64,000 nucleotides of DNA from Azolla caroliniana (lineage: Eukaryota > Plantae > Polypodiophyta), in contig JBHGNT010000004.1 of NCBI GenBank assembly GCA_043228905.1, positions 20,522,001 through 20,586,000 of the forward strand. Reading direction: 5' to 3'. Made by a program: the position numbers and the translations under genes. Below are positions 53,417 to 64,000 of the stretch, one piece after another. Under the pieces are notes generated by a model. The model did no database searches and was not told where the DNA came from. It was given only the letters and a program-made list of their open reading frames with translations. Positions within the stretch are counted from its first letter, which is position 1. Each line of letters starts with the position of its first letter.

Positions 53417-54110
53417 GAAGTTTGTCGTATTTAATTCGAACTAAATCTCCACAACCGCAGCATGGATTTCTAACCACTGAATTCGCATGTTGCCTTCATA
53501 CACTCTATATAACATATGAGGCAAGTCTTGATAAAGGCATTGACAAATATGGAATTCTAATCACTAAGTCTTGACTTCCTCTCTCACGTGAATAAATTCA
53601 TGTATGCAATCTATATAATATATGAGCCAAGTCTCCATAAAGCCGTGGACAAATTCATGTGCAAATTCTATATAAAATATGAGCCAACATTGCACAACAT
53701 CATTGTGTTATGTGCAACATGTAAAGCAATGATATGCCAACTTCATACCCTGCCCAATTCAAAATCCAACAGTTTTCACAAGTGAATATATACTTGCTCA
53801 AATGAATTATTATGATTGTTTGTATATGCACACAGATATTCATGTACACATTCTATACGTGATATGAGTCAAGTACCTGCGCCATCAATGTTTAATGCCA
53901 AGTTCATTTCTTGTCAAGCTTAGGTTTCTACGACCACAACGTGGAATTCTAAGCACTAAATTAGAAGCACTGAATGTTCTTAGATGGAAAAGAATCATTG
54001 TTGGGGAGTAGTTTCATCGTCAAAATAAATTCTTACGTCTCTTGGGATTTGCAGCTAGCTTCATATCTCGCATCCATTTGGAGTCTAAGAATTTTTACAA
54101 GTAGATTGGG

Positions 54111-57100
54111 TGTGGTTTCTGGGATTCAAGCCCAGGTATCCATGGCCACAACATGCAATTCTCACCAATAAACTATAACCACGGAGTTTGTCATAATAAA
54201 TTGGAATTAAATCTCCACAACCGCAACATGGAGTTCTAACCACTGAGTACTGAGTTCGCAGGTTGCATTTATAAATTCATAGATACACTCTATATAACAT
54301 ATGAGGCAAGTCTCGATAAAGGCATCCACAAATATGGAATTCTAATCACTAAGTCTTAACTTCCTCTCTCACGTGAATAAATTGATGTAGGCAATTTATA
54401 TAATATATGAGCCATGTCTTCATAAAGCGATGGACAAATTCATGTGCACATTCTACATGAAATCTGAGCTAAAATTTCACAACATCATTGTGTAATGTGC
54501 AACATGTAAAGCAATGATATGCCAACTTCCTACCATGCTCAATTCAAAATCCAACAGTTTTCACAAGTCAATATAGACTGAATTTCAGTGTGCTTAATAG
54601 AATTCAAGCCCCAGTCTCCATCGTTACAACTATGAATTCTAACCATTGACTCGATTTTTTTGCTCAAATGAATTATTATGGTTGTTTGCATTTGCACACA
54701 CATATTCATTTACACATTCTATACGTAATATGAGTCAAGTATGCGACAGAAATGTATAATGCCAAGTTCATTTCTTGTTGAGCGTATATCTCCACGGCCA
54801 CAACGTGCAATTCTAACCAATATACTACAACTACTGAATGTTCTTAAATTGAAAAGAGTCATTGTGGGGCACTAGTTTCGTGCTCAAAATAAATTGTTAC
54901 AGTTATTGAGATTTGCAAGTAGCTTACTATCTCGCATCCATTGGGTCCTAGGATTCGAGCCAAGGTCACCCTGGCCTCAACGTGGAATTCTAACCACTAA
55001 ACTACAACCACGGAGTTTGTCATATCAAATTGGAACTTCTTCTCTCATGTGTATAAATTCATGTACACAATCTATATGATATATAAACCAGGTCTCCATA
55101 AAGCCATGGACAAATTCATGTGCATGTTCTATATGAAATCTGAGAGAAGATTGCACAACATCATTGTGTAATGTAGAACATGTAAAGCAATGATATGCCA
55201 ACTTCATACCCTGCCCAATTCAAAATCCAACAATTCTCACAAGTCAATATAAACTGAATTTCGATGTGCTTAATAGAATTCAAGCCCAAGTCTCCACCGT
55301 GACGACGTGGAATTCTAACCATTGACTCGATTTTTTTGCTCAAATTAATTTTTATGGTTGTTTGCATTTGCACACACAAATTTATGTACACATTCTATAA
55401 GTAATTTATGAGTGAAGTACTTGTGACATCAATGTATAATGCAAAGTTCATTTCTTATTGAGCGTAGGTCTCCACGGCCACAACGTGGAATTCTAACCAA
55501 TCTATATGACACATGAGCTAGGTCTCCATAAAGCCATCGACAAATTCATGTGCACATTCTATATGAAATCCAAGCGAAGATTGCTCAACATCATTGTGTA
55601 ATGTGCAACATGTAAAGCAATGATATGCCAACTTCATACCCTAGTTAATTCAAAATCCAAAAGTTTTTAGAAGTGAATAGAGGCTGAATTTCGGTGTGCT
55701 TAATGGGATTCAAGCCCAAGTCTCCACCGTGACAACGTGGAATTCTAACCATTTACTCGATTTTTTTGCTCAAATTAATTATTATGGTTGTTTGCATTTG
55801 CACACACAAATTCATGTACACATTCTATACGTAATATGAGTCAAGTACCTACGACATCAATGTATAATGCAAAGTTCATTTCTTGTTGAGCGTAGGTCTC
55901 CACGACCACAATGTGTACTAAACTATAACTACCGAATGTTCTTAAATTGAAATGAATCATTGTTGGGGACTAGTTTCGTGCTCAAAGTAAGTTGTTACGA
56001 TTCTTGGGATTTGTAGGTAGCTTAGTATCTCACATCCATTGGGAGTCTAAGAATTTTCACAAGAATGTATAGTGTGGTTGTTGGGTTTCGAGCTTAGGTC
56101 TCCACGACCATAACATGGAATTCTAACCACTTAACTTTAACCATGGAATTTGTCATTTTAAATTGGAACTAAATCTCCACAACCGTAACATGGAGCTCTA
56201 ACCATTGAGTGTTAAGTTCCCATGTTGCATTCATAAATTCATATATACACTCTATATAAGATATGAGGCAAGTCTCCATAAAGGCATCCACAAATATGGA
56301 ATTCTAATCACTAAGTCTTGACTCCCTCTCTCACGTGAATAAATTCATATACACAATCTATATGATACATGAACCAGGTTTCCATAAAGCCATGGACAAA
56401 TTCATGTGCACATTCTATATGAAATCTGAGCCAAGATTGCACAACATCATGGTGTTATGTGCAACATGTCAAGCAATAATATAACAACTTCATACCCTGA
56501 CCAATTCAAAATCCAACAGTTTTCACGAGTGAATATAGACTGAATTTCGGTGTGCTTAATGTGATTCAAGCCCAAGTCTCGGCCGCGACGACGTGGAACT
56601 CTTACCATTAACTTGATTTTTTTGCTCAAATGAATTATTATGGTACACATTCTATACATAATATGAGTCAAGTACCTGCGACATCAATGTATAATGCCAA
56701 GTTCATTTCTTGTGGAGTCTAGGTTTCCATGGCCACAATGTGGAACTCTAATCAGTAAACTACAACCACCGAATGTTCTTAGATGGACTAGTTTCGTGCT
56801 TAAAATAAATTGTTACGGTTCTTGAGATTTGTAGCTAGCTTCATATCTCGCATCCATTTGGAGTCTAAGAATTTTCACAAGACTATATAGTGTGGTTGCT
56901 AGGATTCGAGCCCATGTCTCCACGGTCACAACGTGGAATTCTAACCACTAAACTATAACCACAGACTTTGCCATGTTTAATTGAATTTGGAACTAAATCT
57001 CCATAACCGCAACATGGAGTTCTAACCATTGAGTATTGAGTTCGCATGTTGCATTCATAAATTCATATATACACTCTATATAACATGTGAGGCAAGTCTC

Positions 57101-58487
57101 GATAAAGCCATCCACAAATATGGAATTCTAATCACTAAGTCTTGACTTCCTCTCTCACGTGAATAAATTCATGTAGGCAATCCATATAATATATGAGCCA
57201 AGTTTCCATAAAGCGATGGACAAATTCATGTGCACATTCTACATGAAATTTGAGCGAAGATTGCACAACATCATTGTGTAATGTGCAACATGTAAAGCAA
57301 TGATATGCCAACTTCATACCGTGCCCAATTCAAAATCCAACAGTTTTCACAAGTGAATATAGACTAAATTTTGGTGTGCTTAATGGGATTCAAGCCCAAG
57401 TCTCGACAACGATGACCTTGAATTCTAACCATTGACTCGATTTTTTTGCTCAAATTAATTATTATGGTTGTTTGCATATGCACACACATATTCATGTACA
57501 CGTTGTATACGTAATATGAATCAAGTACCTGCGACATCAATGTATAATGCCAAGTTCATTTCTTGTTGAGCGTAGGTGTCCACGGCCACAACATGGAATT
57601 CTAACTACTAAACTACAACTACCGATTGTTCTTAAATGTAAATGAATAATTGTTGGGGACTAGCTTCATGCTCAAAATAAATTGTTACAGTTCTTGGGAT
57701 TTGTATGTAGCTTACTATCTCGCATCCATTGGGAGTCTACGAATTTTCACAAGAATGTATAGTGTGGTTGCTGGGATTCTAGCCCAAGTCTCCACGGACA
57801 TAATGTGGAATTCTAACCACTAAACTATAACCACAGAATTTGTCATATTATATGGGAACTAAATCTCCACAACCGTAAGATGGAGTTCTAACGACTGAGT
57901 ACTGAGTTCCCATGTTACATTCATAAATTCATATATGCACTCTATATAAGATATGAGTCAAGTCTCCATAAAGGCATCCACAAATATGGAATTCCTCAGT
58001 AAGTCTTCACTCCCTTTCTCACGTGACTAAATTCATGTACACAATCTATATGATACGTGAGCGAGGTATCCATAAAGGAATGGACAAATTCATGTCCACA
58101 TTCTATATGAAATTTGAGAGAAGATTGCACAACATCATTGTGTAATGTGGAACATGTATAGCAATGATATGCCACCTTCATACCTTGCTTAATTCAAAAG
58201 CCAAAATTTTTCACAAGTGAATATAGACTGAATTTCGGTGTGCTTAATGGGATTCAAGCCCAAGTCTCCACCGTGGCAATGTGGAATTCTAACCATTGAC
58301 TCGATTTTTTTGCTGAAATTAATTATTATGGTTGTTTGCATTGGCACACACAAATTCATGTGCATATTCTATACGTAATATGAGTGAAGTACCTGTGACA
58401 TCAATGTATAATGCCAAGTTCATTTCTTGTTGAGCCTAGGTTTCCACGGCCACAACGTGGAATTCTAATCACTAAACTACAACCACC
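54111..58487 (-). pseudogene. Decayed tRNA-His copies in older array units (e.g. 54111-54182, 56073-56144, 56891-56962, 57763-57834)
   Basis: Recognisable tRNA-His sequence with stem, anticodon and B-box mutations. Confidence 0.8.
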
Positions 58488-58789
58488 GAATGTTTCTTAG
58501 ATGGAAAAGAATCATTGTTGGGGAGTAGTTTCGTGCTCAAAATAAATTGTATGTGCATGTGACAGGAATGTAACGGTTGTTTTTTTGTAATGGTCATTAT
58601 TTACCGTTACATTATGTGCTATAAAATCCCCTTATGGGGCACATAAGGGATGGGCATTTTTCCCCTCTCACATTTGTGTAATTTTCTATTTATCTTTCTC
58701 TCTAGGTCTCTCACTAACTTAACCCCCTTGGGAGGGGGGTGAAGCCATTCTAGGCTTCAATCCCCCCACCTCAACAACATGTTTCTTCA

Positions 58790-60004
58790 AGATGACCTTG
58801 AAGAACACGTCTACATGATCCAGCCCCCCAGATTTTAGTCGGAGATGAACAAGTCGGTAGAGTCCCAACTCAAAAAGGCTACTGTCCGAACATGGCTTCG
58901 GCCGGCATGAACCCGGTTACCGAATTGTGCATAGTTTGGTCTGCCCATAGCGCATAAGGCAATAGTCACGGCCAGTTCCCAACACGTCTGTCACATGCAC
59001 ATATGATGGCCTTCACCATTAGACTGTGCCCTCTTTTGACCTTCCCGTTTGCCTCCAGATTGTATGCCATCATGAGGGAAAGCTTGACCCCTAGTTGGTC
59101 GAACAACTCTTCAGCTTCTTGCGGGTCTAGGTCCCCTTGGTCGGCTACTATCTTCCCAGTGCATCCGTACCAGCAAATCACGTCCTCAATTAAGAACCGA
59201 CATACGACTACGGTCGTCTTGTTTGTGAAGGCTCAACCTTCCACCTGGTTCTTCAGGCCCTCCCTCGCAAGCACCAGGTACCTCATTTCCCCTACCCCCA
59301 TTAGTATTGTCACTAAATCGACCATCCACTTGAAGTGTATGGTTGTTAGGTAGGTCGAGTGCAGCTCGTAGCAGTGCTTAATCACGAAATGTACTTGATA
59401 GCTCTCGCATGTCGTCACGAAGTGGTGCACGCACGCCATGATACATCCCTGGCCACTAATACTTCTCCTTAAGTTTCTCGAACGAGGCCCACGTTCCCCG
59501 ATGTCTGGTCCAGGGACTCTCATGGAACTCTAATATGATCATCGTTTGGTTCTCCCCCCTCGTCACCACCTAGAGTGGTGTGCTAGTCCGCTTCTTCAGA
59601 TGCTGCTAGATCTTCCCATTCTACAGGAAGAATTGTATGGTTTCTTCCAGATCTGACTCACTTCCTCCTTCCCCTACGACGCGTCTAGCGCCGTCATGTT
59701 TAGGAACCTTCTGATGTGAAGCCACTCCTCGTCAAACTTGTTCAGGGCCGGACTGAGCTTCATTTGTTCGTCGACATCCGAGCCGACTCGAAGACGTCCT
59801 TGTCGACTTCTTTATCTTCGGACACCATAATTCCGTTCTCGTCGTTGTACCGTGCTCTCGGCAGCATATTGGCCATGGCGTTGTCTTTTTCGGAAATGTG
59901 TTGTATCTTCAGATTCTGGGATTTGATATAGGCGATACACCTAAGCATCGCTAGGTCCGAAGTCGCGCATCCAGAAACCATATCGAGAATCGGTAGGCAG
60001 TCCA
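58790..60004 (-). mobile_element. Ty3/gypsy remnant (RNase H end + integrase), same family as 30100-33220
   Basis: DCLPILDMVSGCATSDLAMLRCIAYIK matches the 30182-30523 peptide; integrase KWMVDLV, IVADQG, YNLEANGKVKR. Confidence 0.8.
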
Positions 60005-63000
60005 TGTTGGGATTACGGTCCCTTCGGATGGGATGGTCGGATGTCGGAGATGAATGCCGACAAGCCCGGTTTCGGTTTCGGAACCGGATGATGATGACCC
60101 CGGCTTCGGAGCCGGATGACGAATGTACCCGGAGCGAGATCCGGATGCGGGGACATATCTGTGAATATGTTTGCCAAGGGCCCTTGAGGCTATAGTTGTA
60201 AATAGCCCTAAAGTCATATGTGTATAAATATGACTTAGGGCAAACAGTTTTAATGTTGCTACTTATTTTTCTGTTTTTCCACTCAAGAGGAGTGAAGAGA
60301 GAGCAGCCGTGAGAGAGATAGAGCGCGAGAGAGAGGAAGAGGTCGACGCCTCTGTGTATTTCCGCCGCCTGTGGCGAGGACAGCGAACTCAAGGTCGTCG
60401 CCTTGCAGCTCGCCATTGTATACTTCTCTGTGCATAGTTTTGGTTCGGAGTCTTGTACTCCCGTGGTTTTTCCCGTACAGGGTTTTCCACGATAAATCGT
60501 GTGTCCTCTCTATTTTTCGCATTTCCCATTTTCTGCAACAACGATTCGTGTGTTTCCTTGGTTGTGGCCGAGAGGTGAAGTTCGGAAAGTTTCGATTATT
60601 TCCATCAATTTGGTATCAGAGCGAACTGCTGCAGAAAATGGAAGGCGGCGGCAGCGGGCAGCCGGGGATGATGGTGCTGAATGCGCAGAATTACGCCGAC
60701 TGGAAGATCAAGATGGAGGATCTTCTGATTGTTCGGGACCTGTACGAACCGATTGACAGGTCGGAAATACCGAAAGGGGTACTTGAGTCGGAATGGAGGC
60801 TTCTGAACCGGAAAGCCGTTGCAACCATTCGGCAATACGTAGACGTGAGCGTTCTACAACATGTGGCGAACGACATCAACGCATATGAGATGTGGCGGAA
60901 GCTGTCGGGCCTCTATGAGAGGAAGAATGCGTTGAACCGGACCTCCCTGATGAGGAAGATAGTGAACCTCAAGTACCGGGACGGCGAGAGTATGGTGGAA
61001 CACGTAAGCACGTTCATGGGATTCGTGAACCAGCTTGCGGCGATTAAGTTCCCACTGGAGGATGCAATGCAAGCCATCATTCTGATGTGTACATTGCCGG
61101 AAAGCTGGGAGAACTTGGTGGTGACTCTCAGCACCTCCTGCACGGAAGATAACTTGTCCCTACAAACGGTAAAGACAAGTATTTTGAACGAAGAAGCGCG
61201 TCGGAGAGATAAGGAACCGGCCTCCGACTCAAAGGCGCTGCTTACCGAATCGGAACGGGGAAGACAATGGAACCGGAGTCCGCAAAGACGGGAGAAGTCG
61301 GGGACCCGGTCGCAGTCAAGAGGAAGACCCACATGCTTCCACTGTGGGAAGCCGGGGCACTTCCGGAAGAATTGTCGGCATTACCGAAAGGACAACGGAG
61401 CCGACGACACCGATTCGAAGAAGTCACCGGAGAGAAACGGTGCATACCGGGGAGCCACGGACCGGAGAGGTCCGGATCGGCGAGGGCAGGACCGGAAAGG
61501 AACGACGACACTCGCGGCAAGTGAGGAAGAAATCATGCTCATCACCGAAGAAGGTGAACTAAACATTGCCGGCGATGAGACGACCTGGGTGGTCGATTCC
61601 GGAGCATCGTTCCACCTGACCCCGGAGAGAAGATACTTCTCATCCTACACAGCCGGTGAGCATGGCTGTGTTCGGATGGGAAATGAAGGTACGTGCCGAA
61701 TTGCCGGCATAGGAGACGTGTGGTTGACAACCCCGACCGGATGCAAAATGCTGCTGAAGGATGTCCGACACGTTCCGGAGGTTCGTTTGAACCTGATTTC
61801 GGCCGGGAGGCTAGACGATGAAGGCTACACAGGTAGCATCCGGAATGGCGTAATGAAGTTCAGCAAGGGGAGCCTGATAGTGGCTCGGGCCCGGAAAGTC
61901 AACACACTGTACCTTATGAATGCCTGGTTGTGTCCGGAAGAGTTGAACGTGGCAGCCGACATTGCCGGTGAGCTGTGGCACAAGAGACTGTGCCACATGA
62001 GTGAGAAGGGGATGAAGAGGCTTGCAGAAGACAACCTTATTCCAGTGAAGCATGTGCACCTGGAGAAGTGCACCGATTGCCTGGCCGGTAAGCAGAACCG
62101 AACCTCCTTCCACTCAAGGCCACCGACGAGACGTAGCGCACCATTGGAGTTGGTGCATACTGATGTGTGTCAGGTAGAAACGAAGTCACATGGCGGAGCC
62201 CAGTACTTCGTAACATTCATTGATGATCACAGCCGGAAGCTGTGGACGGCACCGTTGAAGACAAAGGACCAAGTGTTGTGCGTCTTCAAAGAACTCCACG
62301 CGAGAGTGGAAAGGGAATCCGGCAAGAAGCTGAAAGCGATACGAGCGGATAACGGAGGGGAATACCGGGGGCAGTTCGCAGAGTACTGTCGCTCGAAGGG
62401 AATCCGGCTCGAGTTTACTGTGCCGAAGACGCCGGAACTGAACGGGCTGGCCGAGAGGATGAACCGGACCATAATGGAGAGGGTCCGGAGTATGCTGGCG
62501 CATGCGAAATTACCCAAGGGGTTTTGGGCTGAGGCAATGTCGACGGCGACATACGTGATAAACAGATCACCCTCAGTACCTTTGGACGGGGACACGCCGC
62601 AGAGAGTGTGGACCGGTAGGGAAGTATCCTACCGGCATCTGAAGGTGTTCGGGTGTCTCGCATACGTGCATGTGGCAAAGGACCGGAGAGGAAAGCTAGA
62701 TCCAAAGACCCGGCCATGCATATTCCTCGGTTACGGCGATGACGAGTTCGGCTACCGAGTATGGGACCCGGTCGACAAGAAGATATTCCGGAGTCGTGAT
62801 ATCATCTTCATGGAGAACAAGACACTCGCCGACTGGGAGTCGGAGAAGAAGATGAAGAGCTCCAAGTCGACCGGTGAGGATAAACTCTACGAGGAGCAGT
62901 CCCGACCGGCAAGGGACCGGTTAACACTCGAAGATCCGGCCGAAGACGGTGAAGAAACAAAACCGGTCGAGGAAGATGAAAATGATACCGGAACCGGCCC

Positions 63001-64000
63001 CGATCCCGAAATGGATTCGGATGAAGAAGAATCGGAAGAACCGGTTACCGAAGCTCCAGAACGGAGATATCCTCTAAGAGAGAGAAGGGCCCCCCGGAGA
63101 TTTCCGGAACCAGAGCACGTGCTGCTAACCGACGAGGGGGAGCCGGAGAGCTTTGAAGAAGCAAAGCATGACACCCAGAGCCGCAGGTGGTTGAGTGCCA
63201 TGCAGGACGAGATGGATTCCCTGCATGAGAACCACACATATGAACTTGTGGAGTTGCCGAAAGGAAAGCGGGCACTTCGAAACAAGTGGGTGTTCAAGCT
63301 GAAACCGGGAGATGCCGGAAACCCCCCGAGATACAAAGCCAGGATCGTGGTGAAGGGGTTTCAGCAGAAGAAGGGCGTCGACTTCGACGAGATATTTGCC
63401 CCGGTAGTGAAGATGACCTCCATCCGAACGGTGCTGAGCATAGCGGCAAGCATGGACCTCGAGGTAGAACAGATGGACGTGAAGACGACATTCCTTCACG
63501 GTGACCTCGAAGAAGAGATCTAGATGCAGCAACCGGAAGGATTCAAGAAGAAAGGGAAGGAGCACCTGGTATGCCGGTTAAAGAAGAGCCTCTACGGTCT
63601 GAAGCAGGCTCCCCGGCAATGGTACCGGAAGTTCGACTCCTTCATGACAGACGAAGGGTACCACAAAACGCAGTCCGATCACTGGGTGTTTGTGAAGAAG
63701 TTCGAAGGAGGAGACTTTCTAATACTCCTCCTGTACGTGGACGACATGTTGATCGTCGGACGAGACCAGGTCAAAATACGGATGCTGAAGAAGGCTCTTC
63801 ACCGAACCTTCTCAATGAAGGACTTGGGTCCGGCGAGACAAATACTAGGGATGCACATCATCCGGGACCGGAGCAAGAAGCAGTTGTGGCTGTCACAGGA
63901 GAAGTACGTGACAAAGGTGCTTAAACGGTTCAACATGTCGGAAGCAAGACCGGTCGGATCGACCCTCCCGACAAACTGCAAGCTGTCCAGCAAGCAAAGC
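60005..64000 (+). mobile_element. Young Ty1/copia (Tnt1/Tork-like), running off the window, inserted into the gypsy remnant
   Basis: 5' LTR 60005-60607 (TGTTGG...CCATCA), PBS TGGTATCAGAGC 60611-60622, gag-pol from ATG 60638. Confidence 0.95.
60638..64000 (+). CDS. Copia gag-pol polyprotein with one in-frame TAG at 63521-63523
   Basis: CFHCGKPGHFRKNC, WVVDSGAS, HH-CC and D,D,E integrase, RT (EEI*MQQPEG, LLYVDDM). The frame continues to the window end. Confidence 0.9.

Larger units (their letters stand above)
49294..58548 (-). repeat. Tandem array of ~11-12 tRNA-His-derived units (~680-895 bp)
   Basis: Unit marker GACTTCCTCTCTCACGTG at 49294, 50188, 51018, 51913, 52743, 53573, 54358, ~55034, 56320, 57144 and 58008. 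Each young unit has 2 full-length and ~3 decayed tRNA-His copies. Confidence 0.95.

Noticed and set aside
49150-58181. Short repeated ORFs in the tRNA array
   Set aside because: They are incidental translations of the satellite or antisense tRNA, with no coding features.
34436-58548. Functional link between TFIIB and the tRNA array (Pol III factor BRF)
   Set aside because: The protein is canonical 311-aa Pol II TFIIB with no BRF C-terminal extension; proximity alone is not evidence.
58549-58779. Small solo LTR or TRIM at the right edge of the array
   Set aside because: TG..CA ends and a TATA-like motif are present, but no TSD or second copy supports it.
59760-60416. 218-aa minus-strand ORF as a gene
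   Set aside because: It is a chimera of antisense copia LTR and the gypsy RNase H remnant across the insertion junction.
60371-60637. N-terminal extension of the 1050-aa ORF
   Set aside because: It lies in the LTR and PBS; the real gag start is ATG 60638.
63521-63523. Programmed stop-codon readthrough in the copia
   Set aside because: The TAG replaces a conserved Tyr within RT rather than sitting at a gag/pol boundary, so a point mutation is the simpler explanation.

Overview
Repeat-rich land-plant nuclear DNA, plausibly from a seed-free plant such as a fern (inference only). The one clearly intact host protein gene is a 7-exon TFIIB (34436..42327, minus strand, 311 aa). The main result is a complete TIR DNA transposon at 715..15407, with 36-bp TIRs (33/36 identical) and a 4-bp TTAT TSD; it is about 9.4 kb once a nested Ty1/copia is removed. 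It carries two head-to-head genes: a Sola-like DDD/E transposase, and an intron-containing gene fusing a ParB-like N-terminal domain to a bacterial-type beta-class N4C/N6A DNA methyltransferase (DIPY ... NPYQKP ... LDLFSGTGTT). Six 43-bp palindromes lie between the two genes, and both genes are pseudogenised in this copy. The second notable feature is a ~9.3-kb tandem array (49294..58548) built from tRNA-His(GUG) genes and their decayed derivatives. The remainder is nested copia and gypsy LTR elements and remnants, a LINE 3' fragment, two hAT-type MITEs with 8-bp TSDs, a Ulp1/C48 protease pseudogene and microsatellites. All calls come from manual reading; no database searches were run.
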